The position numbers and the translations under genes were made by a program. A model generated the notes under the pieces. The model had not been told where the DNA came from. It worked only from the letters and a program-made list of their open reading frames with translations, and ran no database searches. Below, in pieces: positions 1-9,968 of a stretch of 64,000 bases of DNA; position 1 is the first letter of the stretch, and every line of letters begins with the position of its first letter. Source of the DNA: an uncultured Verrucomicrobiae bacterium (GTDB lineage: Bacteria > Verrucomicrobiota > Verrucomicrobiia > Limisphaerales > UBA11358); the NCBI GenBank assembly GCA_963769285.1, contig CAVYLE010000010.1:426069-490068 (forward strand). The letters run 5' to 3'.

Positions 1-323
1 GGCGGGCGCGATGCGCCGGCCATTGCTGATGGCAGAGGCTTCCGCCGATTGGCGAATGCCCTACCCCTTCAAATCAAGTCATTTAAGCGCATCGGGAACG
101 AGGTTTTTATCATGTTCCAGCGGTTAACGCGAAGGTGAGTAACCCTCAACTTATTCACAAGGCGGTAAAGGTAGCTGTAACCGGTTCGTAACAGGGATGA
201 AACACCCACTTTAGCCGGTTTAGCGGCTGGTTGAACGATAAAGTAAACCAAACCGGCTTTGACCCGGCCGGCAGTAAATCGTCTGTACCAAGTCCAACGC
301 CGCGCTAACAACTCATTAACGAA

Positions 324-401
324 GTAACAGCCGACGTAAAGAGGCTCTAAACGAATGATTGTTTTCAGGGAAATTTGAGTCTCGTTACCTCGGCTGCTAC
401 G
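324..401. repeat. REP/REPIN-like palindromic element, family A (GTAxCAGCCGACGTAAxGAGGCT ... AGTCTCGTTACCTCGGCTGCTAC)
   Basis: Imperfect inverted arms. Related copies at 26157-26224 (inside aroA), 31951-31978 (inside the RM gene) and 45973-45998. Confidence 0.8.
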
Positions 402-426
402 AAAGAAGACGCTTTTAGCGGGCCGC

Positions 427-966
427 TTATCCGGTTTCCACCTTCATTTCCACCCAGCGCGCGAACAGCCATAGCAAATCGCTCAACCGATTGAGGTAAA
501 CCACAATCTCCGCGTTTTTTAATTCGCCGGTTTCCTTCAATGCGCACACCCGCCGTTCCGCCCGGCGGCAAATCGTCCGCGCCAGGTCCAAGGCCGCGCC
601 TGGCGGAGTCGCTCCCGGCGTCGCCCAACTCTTGGGACTCACGTTCTGTGCCTCGATTTCGCGCACCAGCGCATTGAGCGTTGCCGTCATCACTGGTGTG
701 ACCAGCGAATGGCCGTCCTTGACGTAACGCGGCAAATCCTCCGGCTGGACGCACAGTTCACCCATCAACACAATCAGGTCCTTCTGTATCACCAGCAGGT
801 TGTTGCGCACGAAATCGTGCTTCGCCGACGGTCGTGCCACCCCCAGCGCGGCGTTCAACTCGTCCACCGCGCCGCATGCCTCGATGCGCGGATGCGTTTT
901 CGGCACCCGCCGGTCATACATCAACGCCGTCGTGCCGTCATCGCCGTTTTTGGTCGCAATGCTCAC
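427..966 (-). CDS. ATP:cob(I)alamin adenosyltransferase (PduO/MMAB type)
   Basis: SIATKNGDDGTT, GAVDELNA, RTICRRAER and YLNRLSDLLWLFAR motifs. The GTG at 966 is the likely start; the ORF track starts at 975. Confidence 0.9.
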   Translation of the reverse strand: MSIATKNGDDGTTALMYDRRVPKTHPRIEACGAVDELNAALGVARPSAKHDFVRNNLLVIQKDLIVLMGELCVQPEDLPRYVKDGHSLVTPVMTATLNALVREIEAQNVSPKSWATPGATPPGAALDLARTICRRAERRVCALKETGELKNAEIVVYLNRLSDLLWLFARWVEMKVETG

Positions 967-973
967 TTGAAAC

Positions 974-1063
974 AAAGGCTAAAGGCTGAAGGCTGAAGGC
1001 TAAAGGCTAAAGTTGCTTTGGATTTCGGCCGCATTTTGTTTTGTTTCAGCCTTTAGCCTTTAG
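974..1063. repeat. Heptamer tandem repeat (AAGGCTG/AAGGCTA)n with an inverted partner
   Basis: aaaggctaaaggctgaaggctgaaggctaaaggctaaag at 974-1012 and ttcagcctttagcctttagcc at about 1045-1065. The same unit occurs at 8306-8336 and 10199. Confidence 0.85.
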
Positions 1064-2081
1064 CCTTGGTGGCCGGCTTTGCCGGCACCACCGGCGGCGG
1101 CGGCGAAACCAATCTTTGATAGGCCAGAATGCCCTTCACCATCGCCTGCGCCATCTCGTGCCGATACGCGGCATCGTAAATTTTTTTGCGTTCAACCGGA
1201 TGCGTCATGTATCCGCCTTCAATCAAAATCGCCGGCATCGTGGCGTCGCGCAAAACCGCGTAACGCGCCCGGCGCACGCCGCGGTCTTTCGCAATAAGAA
1301 TTCTCACCAGCGACTTCTGCATTTGATACGCCAGCAGCAGACTCTTTTGCTCGACGCGATTTGCCGTGGTCGAACCGTAATTGGCGCCCTCGCCCTGCGC
1401 GTCGGTGGAACTGGCGCCGACAGGCGTGATGCAATACGTCTGCGGCCCTTCAACTTCGTCTTTCCCGGTGGGCGTCGCGTTGAAATGCAGGCTCACAAAT
1501 AAATCCGCGCCGCGCCGGTTCGCCAGCGCCGGCCGATCGGGCAAATCAACATAGACGTCCTTGCTGCGCGTCAGGATGACATTGAAGCCGGCCTTTTGGA
1601 GCTGATCGCGCAATTCCAGCGCCAGCGCCAGCGTGTAGGTTTTCTCACTGTGCCAGAACGTGTGGTTGCCCGTGTCCTTGCCGCCGTGGCCGGGGTCGAG
1701 GCAGATGGTCGTGATGCGTTTGGGGTCGGCGACCCGGGGCGGAAACAACAACGGCCGGATGGCCGTGTTGAAATCCATTTGGGCGACGAGCAGCGCGCCG
1801 TGGTCCGCGGCCACCGGGAAGGACAGCGCCACATTGATGCCGTTGACCTCCGCCATGCGTGAATCCCTGTCAAAAACCAGCCGCGTGGTGCGGTTGGTGG
1901 CCACGATTTCGTCCCCGCGCTTGAGCCAGTAACATTTCAAACCGTTCGCCCGCGCCCAATCCACCAGCGGCACGTAGTTTTGTCCGTTGATGGAGGCGGC
2001 GTGCGCGGGCAACAGGCCGGACGCCAGGCACAACGTGATCAACCACGTGAAATTTTTCAGCGGAGCGAACCGTTTACTCAT
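1053..2081 (-). CDS. N-acetylmuramoyl-L-alanine amidase (Amidase_3, AmiC-like) with signal peptide
   Basis: ICLDPGHGGKDTG, LFVSLHFNA and PAILIEGGYM motifs. Start MSKRF at 2081; the upstream ORF extension reads through repeats. Confidence 0.9.
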   Translation of the reverse strand: MSKRFAPLKNFTWLITLCLASGLLPAHAASINGQNYVPLVDWARANGLKCYWLKRGDEIVATNRTTRLVFDRDSRMAEVNGINVALSFPVAADHGALLVAQMDFNTAIRPLLFPPRVADPKRITTICLDPGHGGKDTGNHTFWHSEKTYTLALALELRDQLQKAGFNVILTRSKDVYVDLPDRPALANRRGADLFVSLHFNATPTGKDEVEGPQTYCITPVGASSTDAQGEGANYGSTTANRVEQKSLLLAYQMQKSLVRILIAKDRGVRRARYAVLRDATMPAILIEGGYMTHPVERKKIYDAAYRHEMAQAMVKGILAYQRLVSPPPPVVPAKPATKAKG

Positions 2082-2457
2082 TGGCCGGTCAACTTGCCCG
2101 CCCCTCGCCAGCGATACAAGGGAAATGGTTGCAACTCCTGTCGTCCCTCGTCTCTTGGCGCGGCAAAGTGTAATGAAGACGGCTCGTTCTCGTCCTCGCC
2201 CTCGAAAAGGTCTAACGCAGCGACACAGCGCGGCGGAGCCGCAACCAAACCGAAACACCTTCAATGCAGAGACCTGAGGACTCAGAGCGCCGCAGAGCTT
2301 TTCTTTAACCACGGACGGGCAACTGAACCGCTGTGTACCAGAGGAGCATGTTGAATTTCGGCCGTCCCTGCGGGACTCAGGTGTTTTCCCAACCTGTCCC
2401 GGCATTGAATGCCGGGCTGTTTTCAGTGGTTCCTTCGGAACTTTAAAGCTGACGCGG

Positions 2458-3810
2458 TCAAAAGAGCCGGGGCGAAAACTTGTAATCCTTCGCCAGAAGT
2501 TCACGAACGATTTCCACCGACCATTCTTCCACAAGCTTTCCATCATCCACGTCCCGGGCCAGGTCCTTGAGCGGGACAAAAGTGCCGCTTACAGCAGCGC
2601 CCCGTCCGTCGAAAAATTCCCCACCGCTCAAAGCGATGGCCGCGTCGTCGGTTTTTGCCTTCCATTCATAGACGATGACGGCGCGCTTGGGAGTGCCTTC
2701 GCCACTGCGTCCGGAATAAACCGCTCCCCGCAGTTTCAGTTCGTGAGGCTCAAGGCCAAGCCGCAATCCCTCTTGAATCTCTCTCAAGGCGCATTGTGTA
2801 ATTGCATCTCCGCCGGTTTTATCATCCTTTCGCACGCGTCCGCCGGACCAAATGACCAGCTCCTCGTTCGCGGGGTTTTCGTCGGTCCATTCCTTCCTGC
2901 GGAGGCGCAACACCCGGCCACTTTTATCGCGGACGACAACCACGGGCAATGCTTGAACACGGGTTTTGTCCGCCTCCACCTCTTCCCTGGGCATATAATT
3001 GCCTGATTTGACAAACAACCCAACCAGGGCGGCGGCTTCCGATAAATTCAAACATTTCCTGCCGGCAAACATCCGGCTGACGTCCTCTGCCGGCAGGGTG
3101 AGAACATCCTCGCGAAGGTGTTCCTCAATGACATTCAGCGCCAGATTCGCCACGGCTTCGGCAATTTGTTTGACACCGCCCTTTCGTTCGGCCGAGGTGT
3201 CAATTTCGAAAATCCGAAATTCGTTCTTCAAGCTTTGGGATGTCTTTCGGGTCATGTTTAACATCCGGGCCAGTACTTTTTTATTCATGATCGCGCCTTC
3301 CTGGCGTTCGACCGGCAAAAGGCCCTTTTCCCGCTGCATGGCATCTTCGGGTGATGCCGTCATTACGAAGACTGCCGAAAGGCGTTTGCGCCAATCCGCC
3401 AGCCTCAAAAAACTCTCGATCACTTTGCGTTCCTCGGGGCGAATCCGTTCCAGATGCTCCATCAGTCTGAGCCAGCAAAGGGCATCAAACAGGCCCTGGT
3501 CCAAAATCAATATGTCCGGGCCGTCAAATCCCGGCGGGTTTTGTGTCTTTTCCAGAATTTGCGCCAGCGTGGTGCAACCAGCCCGAACATTGAAATTTGA
3601 GCGCGTCTGGTCCCGGAACGGGAACGGGGAAGATTGTCCACTGACGGTTTCGACCCGGAATCCGCACCGCTTCAAAAAAACCTGAAGCGCGTTCGACGTC
3701 GATGTTTTGCCGGCTTTGGGAAGTCCGGCAAATTCAAATATGACCGGTTTGCGGGCGCCATGGAAGCGTTCGGCGGCGTCCTCTGCACGAATTTGCAATT
3801 CTGTTTTCAT
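2458..3810 (-). CDS. P-loop (thymidylate kinase-like) domain fused to a Nudix-like domain
   Basis: Walker A EFAGLPKAGKT and ILILDQGLFD; C-terminal GGRVRKDD...CALREIQEGL resembles a degenerate Nudix box. Confidence 0.7.
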   Translation of the reverse strand: MKTELQIRAEDAAERFHGARKPVIFEFAGLPKAGKTSTSNALQVFLKRCGFRVETVSGQSSPFPFRDQTRSNFNVRAGCTTLAQILEKTQNPPGFDGPDILILDQGLFDALCWLRLMEHLERIRPEERKVIESFLRLADWRKRLSAVFVMTASPEDAMQREKGLLPVERQEGAIMNKKVLARMLNMTRKTSQSLKNEFRIFEIDTSAERKGGVKQIAEAVANLALNVIEEHLREDVLTLPAEDVSRMFAGRKCLNLSEAAALVGLFVKSGNYMPREEVEADKTRVQALPVVVVRDKSGRVLRLRRKEWTDENPANEELVIWSGGRVRKDDKTGGDAITQCALREIQEGLRLGLEPHELKLRGAVYSGRSGEGTPKRAVIVYEWKAKTDDAAIALSGGEFFDGRGAAVSGTFVPLKDLARDVDDGKLVEEWSVEIVRELLAKDYKFSPRLF

Positions 3811-4007
3811 CGGGGAAAATCCTTGTGCGGAGCAGCCTGACGATTTCAGTCATGGATGTCAATGGACAGATAATGTTTCAGACGCCCCGGCGCGGCTGCG
3901 CCATAGGTTTCCGTCTTCGCACTGCTCCCGTCTTCACTGAGTTACGCCGCGGCAAGTCGCCGAGACAAGTCGCCGCGGCGAGCGGTGCGTCCCTGCCTTG
4001 CGTGTGA

Positions 4008-4216
4008 TGACCGTGGTGCGAGCTCCCGGACTGGCGCTGGAATGGCCGACCAACGCCGACGGTTACCACGAGCAATACGCCACCAACCTCCTGTCGCCAG
4101 TCATCTGGCAAAGATTCAGCGGCAACCCGGCCACCAACGCAGGAAACTTTCACCAAGCCATCGGACAACCCGTCGGCAGCGATGCATTTTTCCGGCTGTC
4201 AACCGGCAGTCCTTGA
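4008..4216 (+). pseudogene. Orphan 3' fragment encoding the C-terminal domain of a secreted protein (copy 1)
   Basis: LALEWPTNADGYHEQYATNLLSPVIWQ...FFRL. Near-identical copy at 5790-6050 and a partial copy at 7858-7900. No upstream gene body. Confidence 0.6.
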
Positions 4217-4228
4217 ACGATTCAATTA

Positions 4229-4350
4229 AACCACGGATGGACACGGATGAACACGGATTCGGAACAGGAACTTGAGCCTTTAGTCTTCAGCCCTCAACCT
4301 TGATTTCAGGTAGGGCGCGTCACTTCCGCCGTCGCGCTGCTATGGCAGGA
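4229..4350. repeat. Intergenic repeat cluster: AACCACGGATGGACACGGAT family plus GGTAGGGCGCGTCAC family
   Basis: The first unit also occurs at 6064, 7321, 26734, 26866 (inverted) and 55437. The second also occurs at 6136, 7908, 26811-26838 (inverted) and 29768. Confidence 0.8.
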
Positions 4351-4625
4351 CAGGCCGTGCGCGCCGCTCCGGCACCCAGTTTGGTGGGGCGGTACTGCCG
4401 CGCCGCCGGCTTGAGTTCAAATTTGGCATTCCATGTTTCCCGCCTTGATCCACGCGTCACTTGTCACCTGTCACCCGCCAGACCGACTGCAAGGGCCGAA
4501 CGAGCGGGCGCGACTGAGTCATTGGAATTAAAGGTGAGGCGTCGAATTTCTCTGATGACGAATGGACAAATGGTTTGCAGAAGCGGCGATTCATGATATT
4601 ATCTGCCAGCCTAATGGAATCAGAG

Positions 4626-5783
4626 ATGAAAGCGCCATTTTTCATCGCATTTTGGAGCGTCTTGTTTGCCGCAATTTCTGCGTTCAGCCAGACTTGGACG
4701 CAAACCCTCGCGCCGATGAATACCTGGCGGGCGATTGCGTCTTCGGCGGACGGAACCAAGCTCGTGGCGGTGGCCGGGACGGGCGGGCTGTTCGTTTCGA
4801 CTGATTCAGGAGCGGGTTGGACGTCAATTAGCGTGCCGGCCAACAGCAGGAATTGCGTCGCGGGGGCAGCCGACGGAACCAAATTCGCCGTGGTGAAAGG
4901 CAACAGCATCAACACCTCAACTAACACCGGGTCAACCTGGACCTCCCATGCAAATCTGGGCTCCGATTTGAACTCCGTGGCCTCTTCCGCGGACGGGAAC
5001 AAGCTGGTGACCGTTAATCCGATCGGGAACGGCGGCTTTATTTATAGTTCTGTCAATGCGGGGATGACCTGGACGACGAACAATCTTTCCGGGAAGAATT
5101 GGTCCGGGGTCGCTTCGTCGGCCGACGGCGTCAAACTGGTGGCCGCCGTCAACAATGGCGGGATTTATACATTGACGAATGCAGGAGCGACCTGGACATC
5201 CAACAACCCTGGCGCTCCTTTTCCCAACTGGGCTTGCGTGGCTTCATCGGCCGATGGCGTCAAACTGGCCGCGGTCATCGGCGGGAACGGTGGTTCGATT
5301 TACACCTCCACCAATTCGGGAGCGACCTGGACATCCAACAACGTGACCCGGCAGGTTTGGACGGCCATCGCCTCGTCGGCGAATGGAACGAAGCTGGCGG
5401 CGGTCGGCTATCCGGCCATTTATACCTCCACCGATTCGGGTTTGACCTGGACCTCGAACAACGCGCCCCGTCTCAGTTGGACCACGATCGCCTCTTCATC
5501 CGACGGCAACCAATTGGTGGCCGCGGCCAGTGGCAGTGGCCACATTTATGTCCTGCAAACCACTCCCACGCCCCGGATGAACCTGGCGTTCACGAACGGC
5601 GGCCTCACTTTTTCGTGGATCGTGGCTTCAACGAATTTCGTGTTGCAGCAGAATCCGGATTTGAGCCCGGCGGCCTGGGTGACGTTGACGAATACGCCCA
5701 CGTTGGACCTCACCAATCTGCAAAACCAGATCACCCTGCCACTTTCTGGCAATAGCGGCTTTTATCGGCTCCAGTCACAATAG
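4626..5783 (+). CDS. Secreted BNR/Asp-box repeat beta-propeller protein with a C-terminal FYRL-type domain
   Basis: Signal peptide MKAPFFIAFW; repeated WxxVASSADGxKLxA and IYTSTxSGxTW units. Confidence 0.85.
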   Translation: MKAPFFIAFWSVLFAAISAFSQTWTQTLAPMNTWRAIASSADGTKLVAVAGTGGLFVSTDSGAGWTSISVPANSRNCVAGAADGTKFAVVKGNSINTSTNTGSTWTSHANLGSDLNSVASSADGNKLVTVNPIGNGGFIYSSVNAGMTWTTNNLSGKNWSGVASSADGVKLVAAVNNGGIYTLTNAGATWTSNNPGAPFPNWACVASSADGVKLAAVIGGNGGSIYTSTNSGATWTSNNVTRQVWTAIASSANGTKLAAVGYPAIYTSTDSGLTWTSNNAPRLSWTTIASSSDGNQLVAAASGSGHIYVLQTTPTPRMNLAFTNGGLTFSWIVASTNFVLQQNPDLSPAAWVTLTNTPTLDLTNLQNQITLPLSGNSGFYRLQSQ

Positions 5784-5789
5784 GCTGAA

Positions 5790-6050
5790 GACCGTGGTGC
5801 GAACTCCCGGACTGGCGCTGGAATGGCCGACCAACGCCGACGGCTACCACTTGCAATACACCACCAACCTCCTATCGCCAATCATCTGGCAAAGATTCAG
5901 CGGCAACCCGGCCATCAACGAGGGAAACTTCCACCAAACCATCGGACCACCTGTCGGCCGCACGGTGAGGCCGAAAGCCTTTTACGTGGCCTGCTGCGTG
6001 AGGCGGAGCCTTTTACGCGGCATTTTCCCGTCTGTCAACCGGCAGTCCTT
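5790..6050 (+). pseudogene. Orphan C-terminal-domain fragment (copy 2), interrupted by a short repeat insertion
   Basis: Direct repeat of 4010-4215, with an added gtgaggc...agccttttacg duplication at about 5960-6020. Confidence 0.6.
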
Positions 6051-6156
6051 AAGAGCCTGTTTCAACCACGGATGGACACGGATCCCGCAATGCGGGACGG
6101 ATTGAAACCACGAACCATATGGACCACATGAAAGGCAGGGCGCGTCACTTCCGCCG

Positions 6157-7158
6157 TCACTTCAACTTGGGAATCTTCACTTCAAATGTGCCGGCGATGT
6201 AGCTTTTTGAATCATCAGGAAGGCACAAATAAATTTTCCCGGATACTTTCCGGTTTGCGACCTGCGCGAATTGCAGCTTCATTCCATAGCCTTTGCCATA
6301 GGTCGCGGCCTGAATCACATCCCCTTCGTTCCAGGTCAACTTGACACGAGGATTGGCACCGATGTCAGTCGTTCGGATTTCATAACTTTTGCCGCCAACG
6401 GGTTGATCCAGACCGAGGATCTCCAGCGACGGCCCGTTTTCAGAATTTAATCTGAGGTTGGCGCCTCTGAGGGTCGCCGTCTTGAGCGCGAAATACATGC
6501 CATGCACTTTCCCAACGACCGGATGGTCTGGAAACGCCGCTTTGCTGATGTCGGATATCCAGCCGGATACGGGAGATGCCATTGGCTGCTGGTTGGTGAA
6601 AGCGGCAACGGTCTGGACGGGCTCCATCTGTTGGGTGGCGTTGGATACAGTTGCGGATTGAGTCCGGGCGATGATTATATTGTTGGTCGCCAGGTTCTGC
6701 CGGACATTTGCAATTCCCTGTTTCACAGCGTTTGAAAAAGACCAGATACGATATCCAGCGGTTCCCGCTTCCAGCATCATAATCAAATAACCGATGGTGA
6801 GGCCGGCCGTGGCCAGACCATTTCCTTTGAGCGACGAATCCCGGCGGATGCGTGATTTGGCCAGATGCCCGCAGATGATGCCCGGAATCCATCCGATACA
6901 CGTGACCAACGATGCCAGGGAGCAGACCAGCGAAGCGATGGCCAGCCGGGAGGTCCGCGGAGCAGTGGTGGTTGCGTTGTAGCCCGTCCATGCCGGTGTG
7001 GTTTCGGTCTGGGGAGAAACCCCGGCGGGTTCGGCAAATGCTGTCGGCACACCGATGGTGTTATTGCAATGCGGACAGATGTGTTGTGTTCCCTCAAGAA
7101 CCGTGTCACACAAAACATTTTGGCCACAGATAGGGCAAGAAAAATTGAATTCACCCAT
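6157..7158 (-). CDS. Zinc-ribbon plus DUF4190-type membrane protein with a C-terminal soluble domain
   Basis: CPICGQ...CPHC; LAIASLVCS...GIICGHLAKSRI...GNGLATAGLTIGY. Confidence 0.8.
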   Translation of the reverse strand: MGEFNFSCPICGQNVLCDTVLEGTQHICPHCNNTIGVPTAFAEPAGVSPQTETTPAWTGYNATTTAPRTSRLAIASLVCSLASLVTCIGWIPGIICGHLAKSRIRRDSSLKGNGLATAGLTIGYLIMMLEAGTAGYRIWSFSNAVKQGIANVRQNLATNNIIIARTQSATVSNATQQMEPVQTVAAFTNQQPMASPVSGWISDISKAAFPDHPVVGKVHGMYFALKTATLRGANLRLNSENGPSLEILGLDQPVGGKSYEIRTTDIGANPRVKLTWNEGDVIQAATYGKGYGMKLQFAQVANRKVSGKIYLCLPDDSKSYIAGTFEVKIPKLK

Positions 7159-7499
7159 GGAATTTATCCTTATGCATGTACATCAATGCTGTCTGACGTC
7201 CAGAACATAAAATTCGATGTTCAGCGTTCGATGTCTTGCCGGGGCGAAGCATAGCGAAGACTGGTGGATGTTGGATGTTCACTCCCCATCTCCGATCTCC
7301 GAGACGCCAGACCTGAAATTAACCACGGATAAACACGGATCCCGCGATGCGGACGGATAGAAACCGCGAAATACGCGAAAACTTCCGTTTCAATCGTAAA
7401 TCGGCAATCGTAAATCGCAAATCCTGACGCCCTGCCGGCCGGCATCGCCTCTGGGTCCTGCGCCAAAAATCCTCTGTGATGGAGAAACCAGATCAGGTG

Positions 7500-7730
7500 T
7501 CAGGTGACAACCGTTGAAAGTCTTCTGTAACGTACGAAATTGGTGGCCGATTTGGCCGCGGTGCAATCACCGGCTGCATCCACATAGATGCCCTCGATCC
7601 TGGAAGAGCCATCTTCCTCTTGAAACAGGGCCCAGCAGTTCAGAGGCATGGACAATTCCGCTCCGTCATCCATCTTAAACACAGCAAACCAATCATCGGC
7701 GGGAATGATTTGTACAATTTTTTCGTTCAT
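7500..7730 (-). CDS. Small hypothetical protein
   Basis: 76-aa acidic ORF with an ATG start and protein-like composition (IVQIIPADDWFAVF). Confidence 0.6.
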   Translation of the reverse strand: MNEKIVQIIPADDWFAVFKMDDGAELSMPLNCWALFQEEDGSSRIEGIYVDAAGDCTAAKSATNFVRYRRLSTVVT

Positions 7731-8170
7731 TTTTATGTATGATCACAGAAACAAATGGCTTCCCTGGTGCAATTCCGTGCATCGCAAACATCATAATGCG
7801 GCTTCTGTGACTGTCAAATGCGAGGTGCCAATGAGATGTCCTCTGGCTTCATCCGCTCCCGGCCACCAACGCGGGAAACTTCCCCCAAACCATCGGACCA
7901 CATGAAAGGTAGGGCGCGTCACTTCCGCCGTCGCGGTGCTGTGGCGGGACAGGCCGTGCGCGCCGGCTCCTTTGATTCGATGTTCAGCGTTGAATGCCTG
8001 TCCTGCATAGCCTTGGCGACGCGGGATTCGATGTTCCCCGTTTTCCAAATCCTGTCACCCGCCACATGTCACCCGTCACCCGCGCGGCCTGCCGCGTGAG
8101 GCGGCTTGGAAACGGAAACGTCGGAAACGGGAAACGGGTCGGTTCCTAGTATTGTAGTATTTCGGTGAAC

Positions 8171-8224
8171 CGTGAAGGCGTCAGTCGGCATGTTGAACCA
8201 TGTTCGCTCTTGCCGGGCGGCAGC
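8171..8224 (+). repeat. Direct repeat (CGTGAAGG.GTCAG...TTCGCTCTTGCCGGGCGGCAGC), copy 1
   Basis: Pairs with 10139-10192 on the other side of the GH1 gene; partial copy at 10849-10879. Confidence 0.8.
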
Positions 8225-8546
8225 CGCGTAAAAACGGCGTCAAAGCCCATCCCGGAAATCACCTTTATGGAACAGCTTGGCGAGATTGGCCAGCGGGTGG
8301 AAGGAAAGGCTGAAGGCTAAAGGCTAAAGGCTGAAGTTTACAGGGAACATTCAACATTCAACTCCGATGGATCGCGAGCAGGCATTCAACGCTCAACGTC
8401 CAAGGCAACATAAAGGCTGAAGCGCCGGTACTGAAAATCACTTTAGCATTTAGCGTTTCCAGCCAGTCGCGTTCCCTTGTGTCTCAGTTGCTTCGCTTCA
8501 GTCGCCACACCAAGCCGGGCCGTTTCCGGACGGTTGCCGGAATTGG

Positions 8547-9968
8547 CTAAAGTAACCGGTTGGCTTCAATGACCTTTTGATACCAGCGGAAGCTCTGTTT
8601 GGGCGTGCGTTGCTGCGTTGAATAGTCAACGCGCGTGATGCCAAACCGCCGCGTGTAGCCATAATTCCATTCGAAATTGTCCAGCAGGCTCCAGACGAAA
8701 TAACCTTTCAACGGATAGCCTTCGCTGATGGCGCGATGCGCGTTTCGCAAATAAGAACGCAGATACATCACGCGAGCCAGGTCCAAAATCTCTCCTTTGG
8801 CTGTCACGTTATCCTCGGTGGCGCAGCCGTTTTCGGTAATTAAAATCGGCAGGTTCTTTTTGCCGAGCGCATCAGTGATCATCCGGACGCCCCAGTAAAG
8901 CGATTCGGGCGCGAAGTTGAGCCAGGGCATGTGCATCTGCGGATATCCGCGCGGCAGGGGCAGAATTTCATAACCGAGCGCGTTGCCAGCCGTGCGCACA
9001 TAGGAACCGGTATAAATGTTAAGGCAGAGCACATCGAGCGGCTGCCCGATAATTTTCATGTCGCCGGGTTGAATGTCCGGCGCATTGTTGCCGAGCGTTT
9101 CGAGCGTCTGCGCATGGTAGGCGCCCGTGAGCGCCGGCACGAGCACGGTGCCGTTGCCTTCCTCGGCCACAAATGCACGTTTGGCGGCCTCAATGTTCTC
9201 CGGCGTCTCGATGACGGGGAGGTAAGATTCGCAATTCACGACCAACGATACGCTGGCGGGTTTCGGGGACGCGGCACGGATGGCCTGGCAGCCCATCCCG
9301 TGCGCGAGCAATGCGTGATGAACCGTTTGAAGCACTTCCTTCCGCGTTTTCACTACGGTGCCGGGTGCCAGGGACGGTATTTGGCCCACGTCGTAGCCCA
9401 TGTAGGTGAAACAATAGATTTCGTTGATCGTCATCCAATTCGTGATGCGGTCGCCGAGCCGCTGGACCGTTTGGTGACAATACTCCGCGAAATCCCTGGC
9501 CATTTCACGGCTGCGCCACGAACCGTAAAGGTCTTCCAATGCCTGCGGGCTGTCAAAATGAAGCAACGTGGCGTGCGGCGTGATGCCGTTTTCGAGCAGC
9601 GTGTCGGTGAGTCGGCGATAAAAATCCACGCCTTTTTCGTTCACCGCGCCGCGGCCATCCGGAATGATGCGCGGCCAGGCAATACTGAAGCGATAATGTT
9701 TGATACCGAGTTCAACCATGAGCTTTATGTCATCCTTAAACCGGTGATAGTGGTCGCACGCCACATCGCCGGTGTCGCCATTTTCCGTGCGGCCGGGAAT
9801 CCGGCTGAAGGTGTCCCAGACGCTCGGTTTCCGGCCATCCTCGTTCGCCGCGCCTTCAATCTGATACGCAGCGGTTGCCGCGCCCCAGAAAAAATCCCGC
9901 GGAAAGGTTGAACTGTCCGGCGACATCTTCAATTTGGCCGGCGCCGCCTCCGCGATTGAAGCGGGCAT
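8547..9968 (-). CDS. GH1 beta-glucosidase; its upstream Tat signal is out of frame by 1 nt
   Basis: FFWGAATAAYQIEG, TINE acid/base, ITENG nucleophile and WSLLDNFEW. Confidence 0.92.
   Translation of the reverse strand: MPASIAEAAPAKLKMSPDSSTFPRDFFWGAATAAYQIEGAANEDGRKPSVWDTFSRIPGRTENGDTGDVACDHYHRFKDDIKLMVELGIKHYRFSIAWPRIIPDGRGAVNEKGVDFYRRLTDTLLENGITPHATLLHFDSPQALEDLYGSWRSREMARDFAEYCHQTVQRLGDRITNWMTINEIYCFTYMGYDVGQIPSLAPGTVVKTRKEVLQTVHHALLAHGMGCQAIRAASPKPASVSLVVNCESYLPVIETPENIEAAKRAFVAEEGNGTVLVPALTGAYHAQTLETLGNNAPDIQPGDMKIIGQPLDVLCLNIYTGSYVRTAGNALGYEILPLPRGYPQMHMPWLNFAPESLYWGVRMITDALGKKNLPILITENGCATEDNVTAKGEILDLARVMYLRSYLRNAHRAISEGYPLKGYFVWSLLDNFEWNYGYTRRFGITRVDYSTQQRTPKQSFRWYQKVIEANRLL

Noticed and set aside
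69-322. TAA/AAC-rich stretch suggesting a DGR template repeat or a 21-nt periodic repeat
   Set aside because: The AAC triplets are not in one frame, no consistent period was found by eye, and the window holds no matching variable repeat or reverse transcriptase.
2082-2579. Long N-terminal extension of the amidase ORF
   Set aside because: It reads through intergenic repeats and overlaps the upstream gene; the signal peptide begins at 2081.
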